From the NCBI GenBank assembly GCA_050260455.1, contig JBLNCF010000012.1, positions 1 through 56,235 on the forward strand: a stretch of DNA of 56,235 bases, in the 5' to 3' direction. Positions 46,967 to 56,219 of this stretch are shown here, one piece after another (position 1 is the first letter of the stretch; each line of letters begins with the position of its first letter). A model generated the notes under the pieces. That model ran no database searches and had not been told where the DNA came from. It worked only from the letters and a program-made list of their open reading frames with translations. Made by a program: the position numbers and the translations under genes. Origin of the DNA: Bacillota bacterium (GTDB lineage Bacteria > Patescibacteriota > Minisyncoccia > Phycocordibacterales > Phycocordibacteraceae).

Positions 46967-47146
46967 ATGCCGAGCAAGAACAAGGGCAACCATCGCGGAC
47001 GCGGATTCGCCGGTATGGATGAAGATAAACAGCGGGAAATCGCATCCAAGGGCGGTCGCAGCCAGGGCAAGGAGAATAACCCGGGCAACTTTGCGAATGA
47101 TCCCCAGCGAGCCAGCGAGGCGGGCCGCAAGGGCGGTAGCTCCTAA
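46967..47146 (+). CDS. KGG-repeat general stress protein (YciG/Con-10-like), 59 aa, absent from the ORF track
   Basis: MPSKNKGNHRGRGFAGMDEDKQREIASKGGRSQGKENNPGNFANDPQRASEAGRKGGSS*. Confidence 0.92.
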   Translation: MPSKNKGNHRGRGFAGMDEDKQREIASKGGRSQGKENNPGNFANDPQRASEAGRKGGSS

Positions 47147-47163
47147 TCCTCCCCGTGACATGG

Positions 47164-47199
47164 AAGGCACCCGTAGGTCGACGGACCTGCGGGTGCCTT
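47164..47199. terminator. Long hairpin after the KGG gene
   Basis: aaggcacccgtaggtc/gacctgcgggtgcctt 16-bp stem. Confidence 0.75.
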
Positions 47200-47212
47200 A
47201 TATGATGCAGAC

Positions 47213-47917
47213 ATGCAGGCTCTTATTCTCGCCGCGGGCCGCGGTACTCGTATGCAGGCGCTCACGGATGCGCTCCCAAAACCCATGCTTCAGGTGGCTG
47301 GGAAGACGTTGCTTGAGCACAAGTTCGATATCCTAGGAGATGATTTTGAAGAAATCGTGCTCGTGGTGGGATATCACGAAGAATCCATACGGAGCGCATA
47401 TGGTGACGAGTATCGAGGCATCCCCATACGGTACGTGGTACAGGAAGAGTTGAACGGCACTATGGCTGCGGTGGCGCTTGCGCAGCCGCATCTTTCAGGT
47501 CGGTTTGTCGTCATGATGGGCGATGACATTTATAGTCGTGTGGATCTAGAAGCAGTGCTCGCTGCTCCTGAATGGGCTATCCTCGTCGAGAAGACCGAAC
47601 ACATGGCTGCTGGTGGACGCATGGTTACCGATCAAAACGGGGAAGTGGTCGCCATCGAAGAAGGAGATCATAGAGGAAAGCCGGGCCTCATGAACACCAA
47701 CATGGTCGTGCTTGATCAGCGGGTGTTTGAACACCCCATGATGCCGAAAGCGACAGGAAGTAGTGAGTACGGTCTCCCACAGACCGTCGTGGCGGCTTCA
47801 CGGGCGTCTGGCATTCCACTTCAGGCGGTGTATGCCACCAAATGGATTCAGGTCACCGCCCCAGAAGACCTTGTCGTTGCCGAAGCGCGGATTGAAGATA
47901 CGGCTCGGGCAGTGTAA
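47213..47917 (+). CDS. Sugar-phosphate nucleotidyltransferase (RmlA/GlmU N-domain family)
   Basis: [41 protein letters not shown]. Confidence 0.92.
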   Translation: MQALILAAGRGTRMQALTDALPKPMLQVAGKTLLEHKFDILGDDFEEIVLVVGYHEESIRSAYGDEYRGIPIRYVVQEELNGTMAAVALAQPHLSGRFVVMMGDDIYSRVDLEAVLAAPEWAILVEKTEHMAAGGRMVTDQNGEVVAIEEGDHRGKPGLMNTNMVVLDQRVFEHPMMPKATGSSEYGLPQTVVAASRASGIPLQAVYATKWIQVTAPEDLVVAEARIEDTARAV

Positions 47918-47930
47918 GCTCCATTTTATT

Positions 47931-48004
47931 GCTGGTGTAGCTCAGGTAGTTAGAGCATGGGACTCATAAACCCAAGGTCGGAGGTGCAAGTCCTCCCACC
48001 AGCA
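47931..48004 (+). tRNA. Elongator tRNA-Met (CAU)
   Basis: GCTGGTG/CACCAGC, CTCATAA loop, GGAGG-TGCAAGT-CCTCC; paired 1-72, C11-G24. Confidence 0.88.
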
Positions 48005-48067
48005 CCCGTTTCATACGGTTATTGAATATAGCTCTTAAACAGGCTATATTCGGTAAGTTCGCATTCT

Positions 48068-48141
48068 GCAGCGGTAGCTCAACTGGTTAGAGCACCCGCC
48101 TGTCACGCGGGAGGTTGCGGGTTCAAGTCCCGTCCGCTGCG
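48068..48141 (+). tRNA. tRNA-Asp (GUC)
   Basis: GCAGCGG/CCGCTGC, CCCGC-CTGTCAC-GCGGG, G73. Confidence 0.96.
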
Positions 48142-48146
48142 CAGAT

Positions 48147-48177
48147 CACAAAGCCGCCCATTATGGGCGGCTTTGTG
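48147..48177. terminator. Terminator after tRNA-Asp
   Basis: cacaaagccgccca/tgggcggctttgtg. Confidence 0.88.
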
Positions 48178-48188
48178 CGTATCGTTGA

Positions 48189-48272
48189 CCCGTCATTTCA
48201 GCAATAAAGAAAGTTCATCCCTACGAGGAAGTCGCATACGATCTCTATCCGCTTGAAGTTTGGGAACACTAG
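48189..48272 (+). pseudogene. 3' remnant of a YqfO/Nif3 PII-like domain gene
   Basis: Reads PVISAIKKVHPYEEVAYDLYPLEVWEH* after an in-frame TGA; no ATG/GTG/TTG. Confidence 0.8.
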
Positions 48273-48302
48273 ACCCGGGGTGTCTCAGGTATACTCGGTC
48301 GT

Positions 48303-50120
48303 ATGACTGCAGCACAGCGATTCCTCGACGAACTCAATTCCGAATACCTCAAACTCCACAAGGCATACGAAGATTTCTTTTGGATCTCGTATATGGGCGA
48401 TCATTCCGTCGACAAAAAGAAGGATGATGCGATGGCTGCACGTGATGCGTTCCGAAGTAACGGTGAGTATCTGCAGAAGGTAAAGCATCTTTCTAAGGGT
48501 GCTGACAAGAACACAAGGGAACGCCTCAAGATCTGGATACAGTTCTTCGAGCTGTATCAATCTCCGAGTGAGCTTCTCGAGCTGAAACAACGGATTAGTG
48601 AATTGGAATCAGCAACGCTTAAGAAGCGTGCATCTCGTAAAGAGGGATATATAGATCCCTACACCGGTCGATTCGTCGAAGCTTCGTATTTGAAGATGCG
48701 TACGATGAAAGATACGCACGAAGACGAGCAGACCCGCAAGGCTTGCTACGAAGCCGGAGAAGCGCTGGCAGAGACCCTGCTTGATGAATATATCCAGATG
48801 GTGAATCTGCGCAACGAATATGCGCGCGGCATGGGCTACACCGATTTCTATGCATTCAAGACCGAACGCGAGGACGGTATGAAGAAATCGGAGCTTGTGA
48901 AGCTCTTCGACTCAATCTACGAGAAGAGCAAGATTACCTTTGCTGAAGTACGGGCCCTGGAGAAGAAGATGCCGGGACTGCGCAAGCCTTGGAATCTCTC
49001 GTACATGCTCGCAGGAGATTTCACCAAGGAGGAAGATCCCTATTTCCAATTCGATGAAGCACTTCTCCGGTGGGGTCGCTCGTTTGCCACACTTGGAATT
49101 GAGTATAAGAAGAGCGTGCTTCAGCTTGATCTTCTCGACCGTAAGGGGAAATGGAACAACGGCTTCTGTCATTGGCCGGACCTCGTCCACTACGAAAAGG
49201 GCAAGCTCGTTCCGGGCAGCTCCAACTTCACCTGCAATGTAGTGGCTGGCCAGGTTGGGTCAGGGATTCAGGGATACAACACGCTTTTTCATGAGGGTGG
49301 GCATGCGGCCCATTTCCTTAACGTGACCGAACGAGAGGTGATCTTGAACCAGGAATACGCACCGATGTCGATGTCGTGGGCGGAAACCCAGAGCATGTTC
49401 CTCGATACGCTGTTTTCGAGTATCGAATGGAGGATGCGCTATGCGAAGGACAAGAAGGGTAATCCGTATCCTTTTGACCTCTTCGAGCGTAAAGTGCGCA
49501 CCCTCGCTCCGCTTCGCGCCAAGCGCATGCTCTCAATACTCTTTGTCTCTAATTTCGAGCGCGACATTTACGAGACGAAGAGTCTTACTGCAGAGAAAGT
49601 CAAAGCGATCGCGCGCAGAAACTACCGCAAATACTTCGATGAAACCGAAGATTCCCTGTATGCGCTCAACATTCCCCATATCTATTCGTGGGAGAGTTCA
49701 GGCTCGTACCACGGGTACGGACTCGCCGAGATTGCTCTTTCGCAATGGCGCGCGTATTTCTATAAAAAATACGGATATATCGTTGATAACCCGAAGGTGG
49801 GGAAGGAAATGGCTGCGGTATGGAAGTATGGTGCTCGTTATTCCTACAAGCAGTTCGTGAAGCTTGCGACGGGAAAGCCGCCTTCACCGAAAGCGCTTCT
49901 GGATGACATGCTCATGGGTCCCGAAAAGACGATAACGGAAGGGAGAAGGCGTGTCGCTCGTCTAGCAAAGGTGAAAGAGTACACCACACCAGTGAAGCTC
50001 AATGCTTCCATACGGATGGTGCATGGGAAGCGAGAGGTCACAAACAATTCGAAAAGCTTTGAAGATATGGCTCTCGCATATGGCACCTGGGTGCGTGCAC
50101 AGGCCCGCAAGAAGGTATGA
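48303..50120 (+). CDS. M3-family (oligopeptidase-like) zinc metallopeptidase
   Basis: LFHEGGHAAH HExxH, AETQSMFLD third ligand, Y..Y.LA. Confidence 0.88.
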   Translation: MTAAQRFLDELNSEYLKLHKAYEDFFWISYMGDHSVDKKKDDAMAARDAFRSNGEYLQKVKHLSKGADKNTRERLKIWIQFFELYQSPSELLELKQRISELESATLKKRASRKEGYIDPYTGRFVEASYLKMRTMKDTHEDEQTRKACYEAGEALAETLLDEYIQMVNLRNEYARGMGYTDFYAFKTEREDGMKKSELVKLFDSIYEKSKITFAEVRALEKKMPGLRKPWNLSYMLAGDFTKEEDPYFQFDEALLRWGRSFATLGIEYKKSVLQLDLLDRKGKWNNGFCHWPDLVHYEKGKLVPGSSNFTCNVVAGQVGSGIQGYNTLFHEGGHAAHFLNVTEREVILNQEYAPMSMSWAETQSMFLDTLFSSIEWRMRYAKDKKGNPYPFDLFERKVRTLAPLRAKRMLSILFVSNFERDIYETKSLTAEKVKAIARRNYRKYFDETEDSLYALNIPHIYSWESSGSYHGYGLAEIALSQWRAYFYKKYGYIVDNPKVGKEMAAVWKYGARYSYKQFVKLATGKPPSPKALLDDMLMGPEKTITEGRRRVARLAKVKEYTTPVKLNASIRMVHGKREVTNNSKSFEDMALAYGTWVRAQARKKV

Positions 50121-50659
50121 GTACCTACAGCCATGTCTTTCTATTGTCCGCCGATATAACTGGAGACGGACAGTCATTTGAACTCGCTGATACCGACACG
50201 GGAGGAGTGCTCCTCGGTTCATGGCGACTTCGCGCGGCGAAGCGAATGCTTGAAGAGCAAAAGGCGCAGAAGATTGTTGTCGTCGGATATCACGATGAGC
50301 AGTTCACGGATATGAGTAGGGCAGAAGTGCTCCGAACCATGCTGGTGAATGAACACGGTGTTGATGCGTCGTTGGTTGAGGCGGTTACCCAAGAAGCGCC
50401 GGGTACGAAAGGAAATGTAGAGCAAATATGCGCCTACATTTCCGCACACCATCTCAACGCGTCAGAGTGCGCGGTGTTGAGTAACTTCTATCACCTGCCA
50501 CGCGCCATGGCGCTCTTTGCGCAGTATGGTGTCACCATCGCGCCGGTCGCAGCAGAGGCCCTGTTTCCAGAAGAGATAGAGGAGATTGTGCATGAGTATT
50601 CGACTCACGCATTCTCGGAACGACTCGCCTCCGAATTGCGCGGACTGGCAGCTCTCTAG
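50117..50659 (+). CDS. YdcF/DUF218 (ElyC/SanA-like) protein
   Basis: R.RAA, AEVLR..L, T.GN, LSNFYHLPRA. Confidence 0.85.
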   Translation: MSTYSHVFLLSADITGDGQSFELADTDTGGVLLGSWRLRAAKRMLEEQKAQKIVVVGYHDEQFTDMSRAEVLRTMLVNEHGVDASLVEAVTQEAPGTKGNVEQICAYISAHHLNASECAVLSNFYHLPRAMALFAQYGVTIAPVAAEALFPEEIEEIVHEYSTHAFSERLASELRGLAAL

Positions 50660-50664
50660 CTACC

Positions 50665-50877
50665 TCACGATTCGTTGCTCTGTAGGTGCGAGGCAATGCT
50701 CCGTAGGGTCTTCACCAACCATGTGAGAAAGCAGGCAAGGCCAATAACGAAGAAGCTCGCGATCGTTTGGAAATATTGAGGAGGAAGGCCTTTTCCGGCC
50801 CAAATGCCGATAAGGACCATTCCTGCACAGGTAAAGAGACAGAAAAAGAAGAGAGGAAGAATGATGCGGTCTGACAT
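50665..50877 (-). CDS. Small 2-TM membrane protein
   Basis: MSDRIILPLFFFCL...FFVIGLACFLTWLV; fills the intergenic gap. Confidence 0.65.
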   Translation of the reverse strand: MSDRIILPLFFFCLFTCAGMVLIGIWAGKGLPPQYFQTIASFFVIGLACFLTWLVKTLRSIASHLQSNES

Positions 50878-50931
50878 ATCCTCTACAACCCAATCGGGAA
50901 TTCGAAGGTTGCTGGCTGCTACACTTGGGGC

Positions 50932-51696
50932 ATGAAGCTCAAGGTAGCCACCTGGAATATTGGAGGTGCCAAGCCCATCCGCTCCATCGAGAGCTTTGCG
51001 TTTAGGGATGAAGACTATCTCGCAGAAGACACCGATTACTTCGCGTCCAAGATACGGGGACTCGACCCCGACATAATTTGTCTTCAGGAAACGCATGTGA
51101 ATACCGAACGTTCAGTTGCGCAGGAGATTGCACAGGCTGCAGGAGGGTACGCATGCATCGAAGTTGGTTTAAGCGAGTCACATATCGATCCTGCATATGA
51201 ACTGGGGAATGCCGTGCTGGTTAAGCAGAAACCGGCCACCGAAGAATTCTACACGCTGCCGTATCCTGATTTCCCATTATCACTTCCAGATGGGGGGATC
51301 CCTCACGAGCACAAGAAAGGTATCCAGGTGCTTGAGTATAGTTTCGGAAACATCGCGAACACCCACCTGCAGCCTCTGCGATTCCTGGGCACGCCTTATG
51401 AAAGTGAGAATGGACAGCGCTATGCGCACGAAGTTGAACGGGAGTTTGAGACGCATTTTTCTGCACCGCTTATTCTCTGTGGCGACTTCAACTATGCACA
51501 TGCCGCGGATTTGTATAAGGATTTCGTAACGAAACTGCAACTCACGAATGTGCTGCCCCATGAACCTACTCGTCCCGATGGAAAAATCACCGACTACATC
51601 TTTAGTAGTCCTGAATTCTCTCTCATAGATGCAGGCATTGAGAGAGTAATGGCAGATCACTTCCTGTGTTGGGCAGAGTTTGAATATGCCGACTAA
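50932..51696 (+). CDS. Endonuclease/exonuclease/phosphatase family protein
   Basis: ATWNI, LQE, GNA, NTHL, CGDFN, DYIF, DH. Confidence 0.92.
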   Translation: MKLKVATWNIGGAKPIRSIESFAFRDEDYLAEDTDYFASKIRGLDPDIICLQETHVNTERSVAQEIAQAAGGYACIEVGLSESHIDPAYELGNAVLVKQKPATEEFYTLPYPDFPLSLPDGGIPHEHKKGIQVLEYSFGNIANTHLQPLRFLGTPYESENGQRYAHEVEREFETHFSAPLILCGDFNYAHAADLYKDFVTKLQLTNVLPHEPTRPDGKITDYIFSSPEFSLIDAGIERVMADHFLCWAEFEYAD

Positions 51697-51779
51697 TTAC
51701 GAGGATTGTGCATTACGCCTGGCAAACGCCAGAAGGGGAGCCATACTGAATATGTTCCTTAGTCGTAAGTTACCTATTC

Positions 51780-52202
51780 ATGCATAGCCACTTTCTTCGT
51801 GAAGCAGCCAAGGTCGCGACAGGTCTTTTCCTTGCCGATCTGGTGAGCGTCATCTGGCTCGGCGCTACCGGCTTCTTTCCACTTACCATCCTTGGTGTGA
51901 CCTGGACGGAATCAGCCATCCTTCCGATCGCCGTCTTCGATATCGCCATGCTTCTTCTGCTCGTCCATTGGGGATGGAAGATGAAGCTTCCGCTCAATTC
52001 ACCAACCGAGCGCAACCTGCTCTATCTCGCAGGTGTTGTGTTCGCCATTGTCGCCCTCGTGCACCTGTTGCGTCTCGCGTTTGGATGGGGCCTCATCCTA
52101 GGCACCTTTGCTGTGCCCCTCTGGCTTTCCTGGTTCGGATTCTTCATCACTGCGTACCTCTCGTATACGAGCCTGCATTTCGCTCGTCGAGTAGCGAAAT
52201 AG
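51780..52202 (+). CDS. 4-TM membrane protein
   Basis: Four hydrophobic helices; F.IVALVHLLRL..GW. Confidence 0.75.
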   Translation: MHSHFLREAAKVATGLFLADLVSVIWLGATGFFPLTILGVTWTESAILPIAVFDIAMLLLLVHWGWKMKLPLNSPTERNLLYLAGVVFAIVALVHLLRLAFGWGLILGTFAVPLWLSWFGFFITAYLSYTSLHFARRVAK

Positions 52203-52213
52203 GGATTGAATCA

Positions 52214-52250
52214 TAAAGAAGCAGCCGTCCATAGGGCGGCTGCTTCTTTA
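52214..52250. terminator. Intrinsic terminator
   Basis: taaagaagcagccg/cggctgcttcttta. Confidence 0.88.
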
Positions 52251-52275
52251 TAAACCATGAACTATACTGGACTCT

Positions 52276-52869
52276 ATGAAAACCTACTGGCCCTATATCG
52301 TTGTACTTCTGCTTTGCGTCCTAGGTGTTCTTGCATATGTATTTACGGGCAACAAACCATCAGCTTCGGTGGCCCCACTTGCTACCGAAGCGCCTTGGCC
52401 GGCAGGGGAGGAAACCCTACAGGCACGGTTGGCTGCTGCGGGCTTACCGGCGCTCTCGCAGGAGGGTAACGCACTTCATATCCATCAGCATCTCGATATC
52501 TTGGTGCACGGCAAAAAGATTGATGTGCCTCCCGAGATCGGTGTGCATGAATCTGCTCCTCCATTTATCGCCCCCATTCACACCCATGACACCACAGGGA
52601 TCATTCATGTGGAGTCCCCAACCGTTGAGACCTATACGCTTGGACAGTTTTTTGAGGTCTGGGGTGTGCGCCTTACCGAGAGCTGCCTGGGTGGATATTG
52701 TGCGGACGCAACCAACACGCTGCGGGTATATGTGAATGGTAAACCGTACACGGGCGATCCCGCTGCTCTTGCGCTCGATGCACATCAGGAGATTGTCATG
52801 ACATACGGAACTTCTGCCGAAGAGCCCTCTCCTATACCGAGCAGTTATTCCTTCCCTGAAGGTTATTAG
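52276..52869 (+). CDS. Exported His-rich putative metal-binding protein
   Basis: N-terminal anchor; HIHQH, IHTHD..GIIHVES, TLGQFF..WG, CLGGYC. Confidence 0.8.
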   Translation: MKTYWPYIVVLLLCVLGVLAYVFTGNKPSASVAPLATEAPWPAGEETLQARLAAAGLPALSQEGNALHIHQHLDILVHGKKIDVPPEIGVHESAPPFIAPIHTHDTTGIIHVESPTVETYTLGQFFEVWGVRLTESCLGGYCADATNTLRVYVNGKPYTGDPAALALDAHQEIVMTYGTSAEEPSPIPSSYSFPEGY

Positions 52870-52895
52870 GAAAGCGTGCGTGGTATCGTTTCCTT

Positions 52896-53321
52896 ATGGG
52901 AAACGCCGCACCGCACCGTCCTGCCACGTGGTTCCGCAAGCACCGCGAGAATCTCTCGATGGGCCAGAAGATCGCAGACGGGCTCGCGAATCTTATGGGT
53001 TCGTGGCCCTTCATCATTGCACAAACCATTATCATCATCTGCTGGGTCGTGTTTAATCTGGTCGCGTTTATGAAGCACTGGGATCCGTATCCCTTCATCC
53101 TTCTCAACTTGCTCTTCTCGACGCAGGCAGCGTACGCGGCGCCAATTATCATGATGAGCCAGAATCGGCAGGCCGAACGCGATCGTGCGCAGGCCCTCGC
53201 TGACTACGAGACCAACCAAAAGGCAGAGCAGGAGATCGAGGATCTGCAGGTCTCGCTCGCACGCATCGAGATCGAGAAGCTTGATCGGATTATTGCTCTT
53301 CTTACTGAACGTTCCAAGTAA
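52896..53321 (+). CDS. DUF1003 family membrane protein
   Basis: ADGLA..MGSW.FI, WDPYPFILLNL.FS.QAAYAAPIIMMSQNRQ. Confidence 0.94.
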   Translation: MGNAAPHRPATWFRKHRENLSMGQKIADGLANLMGSWPFIIAQTIIIICWVVFNLVAFMKHWDPYPFILLNLLFSTQAAYAAPIIMMSQNRQAERDRAQALADYETNQKAEQEIEDLQVSLARIEIEKLDRIIALLTERSK

Positions 53322-54514
53322 TGAATCTGCGCGATAAATCGTACGAACTTCTACGTCGCAACCGCCGTCGCACCGACACCGGCCACACCTATACGGTGCC
53401 CTCTCCGGAGACCTATCCCTACCAGTGGCTCTGGGATTCCTGCTTCCATGCCATTGTATTGGCGAAGTTCGATCCGGAAGCGGCTATCTCGGAGCTGCGC
53501 GCGCTCCTTTCTCGACAGCTTCCGGACGGCATGGTGCCGCACATCATCTTTTGGGATACGAAAATTACCCGCCCGTACAACTGGGGATGGGGCAGCAGTG
53601 GGGTAACCTCAATCACGCAGCCGCCCATGTTCGCGTATGCGGCACAGGCTATCTATCAGCACACACGCGAGACACGCTTCCTGGAAGAGCTCTTTCCGCC
53701 GATGCTGCGGTTCTATCAATATCTGGTCGATCGTCGTGATCCGCTCGACCATCATTTGGTAAGCATCATTAATCCGGACGAGTCCGGTGAGGACAATTCG
53801 CCACGGTTTGATGCTCCCATGCACGTGTCTTCTGATATCTCGTTCTTCGGGCACATGTACGAGCGACATAAGCTGGTGCGCGCCAACATGGTGTGTGACT
53901 TCAATGAGGAGGTCTGCATGAAACGAAACTTCTGGGTGAAGGATGTTCCGTTCAACGTCATCATGATTAAGAATCTGGAAATCCTCGCCAAGCTGGCGAA
54001 GCTGGTGGGAGATGCTGACGCCGAACATTTCGCCACGGTGAACGCTTCGCTCATGCGGTCTGCCATGCGCGACGTCATGCTCGATGACGGTGTCTTTTGG
54101 CCAGTCGCAGGTGAGCATCACGAACTCCTTAAGGTCGCTACCTGGTCGCATTTCATGCCACTGTTCGCCGAGCTATACACGAAAGAGGAAGCAAAAGCCG
54201 TGGTGGAGACGCATTTCCATGATCACACCACGTTCCGGTCGCCCTACGGTATTCGCACCGTCTCCCAGCACGAGCCGTCGTATCGTGCTGCTGGATTCTG
54301 GCGCGGACCGCTCTGGTTTGCACCACACTGGTTCATATATAAAGGTTTGCGCGCCTACGGCTTCGAGAGTGAAGCTGCGTGGATACGCACGGTATCCGAG
54401 CGGCTCATCGAACATAATGGGTTTCGTGAGTACTTCAATCCCGAGACCGGAAAGGCGTACGGAGCGCATAACTTTACGTGGGGGACGCTCGTGCTCGATA
54501 TGCTTGAACCATGA
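53321..54514 (+). CDS. MGH1-like (GH63-type alpha6/alpha6) glycoside hydrolase
   Basis: YPYQWLWDSCFHA, SITQPP, ESGEDNSPRFD, FWRGPLW, REYFNP..G..YGA..F.W. Confidence 0.9.
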   Translation: MNLRDKSYELLRRNRRRTDTGHTYTVPSPETYPYQWLWDSCFHAIVLAKFDPEAAISELRALLSRQLPDGMVPHIIFWDTKITRPYNWGWGSSGVTSITQPPMFAYAAQAIYQHTRETRFLEELFPPMLRFYQYLVDRRDPLDHHLVSIINPDESGEDNSPRFDAPMHVSSDISFFGHMYERHKLVRANMVCDFNEEVCMKRNFWVKDVPFNVIMIKNLEILAKLAKLVGDADAEHFATVNASLMRSAMRDVMLDDGVFWPVAGEHHELLKVATWSHFMPLFAELYTKEEAKAVVETHFHDHTTFRSPYGIRTVSQHEPSYRAAGFWRGPLWFAPHWFIYKGLRAYGFESEAAWIRTVSERLIEHNGFREYFNPETGKAYGAHNFTWGTLVLDMLEP

Positions 54515-55437
54515 AAGAGGAACTTGCTCGACAACTTACGTTCGCACCTATCGTCCGTCGTGCGCTTGAGGCGGTTCCAGAACACCTGGTGATAGGCGGC
54601 ATGGGTGGTTCGGCACTCTCGGGTGATGCACTCGCGTTTCTACTCCCGCACCGACATACCGTGGTGCATCGCGGATACGGTTTACCCGCGTTCACTCCAT
54701 CAGGAGCACTCCATATTGCGGTGTCTTATTCAGGGAACACCGAAGAGACCATTAGCTTTGCGAACGCTGCTCTTAGACAAGGTCGCCGTCTCGCGGTCGT
54801 AGCTTCTGGTGGCACGCTGGCTGATTTTGCCGAGCGTGAACACCTACCGCTCGTACTGGTGCCTGCCGGACACCAGCCGCGCAATGCACTTTTATCCATG
54901 ACGAAAGCACTCTTGGTGCTCGCCGGAGAAGAAGAGGTGGCGAAGCGTTTGGAAAGCACAGTGCTTGATATGGAGCGGCTTACCGAAGAAGCCGAAGAAG
55001 ATGCGCATTTCATACTACCGTCGGTACCACTCATCTATGCGTCGTCTCACGCTGCCGTGCTGGGACGTATTGGGAAGATCCTGCTCAATGAAACAGGACG
55101 AACGCCCGCCTTTACGAATGTGTTCTCCGAACTCAATCACAATGAGATGCAGGCGTTCGATACGGATATGCCGGAAGGTCTTGAGCATCTGTTCAGATTC
55201 GTGGTGCTCATAGATGGTCATGATCCGCGTATCGTCCGCAGGATGGAGACGTTTCGGAGTGTGATGGAAGACCGGGGTCGCATGGTTCGCATGATTGATC
55301 TCTCGCAGCACGCGCGCGAGGGCATGCTCATTGAAACCTGGTACCGGTTTGCCTATGCCGCGCAGGCACTTGCCGAGACGCGCGGGATCGATCCGGGCAC
55401 GGTGCCCTTGATAGAAGCATTCAAACGCCTCCTATGA
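54511..55437 (+). CDS. Bifunctional phosphoglucose/phosphomannose isomerase (SIS type)
   Basis: GMGGS, SYSGNTEET, QPR, ELNHNE, terminal I..FK. Confidence 0.9.
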   Translation: MKEELARQLTFAPIVRRALEAVPEHLVIGGMGGSALSGDALAFLLPHRHTVVHRGYGLPAFTPSGALHIAVSYSGNTEETISFANAALRQGRRLAVVASGGTLADFAEREHLPLVLVPAGHQPRNALLSMTKALLVLAGEEEVAKRLESTVLDMERLTEEAEEDAHFILPSVPLIYASSHAAVLGRIGKILLNETGRTPAFTNVFSELNHNEMQAFDTDMPEGLEHLFRFVVLIDGHDPRIVRRMETFRSVMEDRGRMVRMIDLSQHAREGMLIETWYRFAYAAQALAETRGIDPGTVPLIEAFKRLL

Positions 55438-56219
55438 GCCGTATCGCATTCGATATCGGTGCGTCCCATCTGCGTGTCGGAACGATACTTCCGGAGGGGA
55501 TAGGAAATATCCGTCGTATCGACACACCGAGTGAAGCGGAAGCAGCCGTTCGCGCACTCGCTACTCTTGCTCGAGAGGATGGCATCGTCGAAGTGCTGTT
55601 TGGAGGCGTGCCCGCCATTGTGCAGGATGATGGTTCACTTGCGGAGGCGACCAATCTTCCGCACTGGAATGCGTATCCGTTTGCATCAAAAGTTGCTGCA
55701 GCGCTCGGTGCTCCGGTTCATGTGCGTAACGATGCGGAACTGGCAGCGCTCGGTGAAGCGGCATATGGAGCCGGAAAAGGGCTGAACCGGGTGGCGTATA
55801 TCGGACTTGGTACAGGTGTCGGCACGGCATGTATTGAGGGGGAAAACGTTGTTCCTCACACCAGCAATGGTGCAGGTCGTGAAGCTGTTCTGCGGCTGGC
55901 AGACGATACATGGCTGGAAGACCTCATAGGAGGTCGCGCCATTATGCGGTCGCGAGGAGTGGAACCAAAGCAGCTTCCGCCAGAGGTCTGGAGCGAACTT
56001 ACCGAATACTTGGTCCAGGGTATCGAAAATACGGCTCGTGCCTGGAATCCGGATGTCATCATCCTTGGCGGTTCGCTTATGAACGAGGACAGCGGATTTA
56101 GCCTTTCGGAAATCAAGAAGGTCCTACCAGAATCGCTCGACATACGAGCTGCCGCGCTCAAGGACGCTGCAGGTCTCTATGGTGCAAAGGCTTGGGCAGA
56201 ACGCGAATCGGCCGCATAA
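55434..56219 (+). CDS. ROK family sugar kinase
   Basis: FDIGAS, NLP.W, NDAELAALGE...G, GLGTGVG, ILGGS. Confidence 0.9.
   Translation: MSRIAFDIGASHLRVGTILPEGIGNIRRIDTPSEAEAAVRALATLAREDGIVEVLFGGVPAIVQDDGSLAEATNLPHWNAYPFASKVAAALGAPVHVRNDAELAALGEAAYGAGKGLNRVAYIGLGTGVGTACIEGENVVPHTSNGAGREAVLRLADDTWLEDLIGGRAIMRSRGVEPKQLPPEVWSELTEYLVQGIENTARAWNPDVIILGGSLMNEDSGFSLSEIKKVLPESLDIRAAALKDAAGLYGAKAWAERESAA

Noticed and set aside
47931-48004. CAU tRNA as a lysidine-type tRNA-Ile2
   Set aside because: Acceptor stem has G4/G5 rather than the C4-G69/C5-G68 of Ile2, and a separate UAU tRNA covers AUA
37195-48141. Genomic island integrated at tRNA-fMet or tRNA-Met/Asp
   Set aside because: No duplicated tRNA 3' end, integrase or transposase was found; accessory content alone is insufficient
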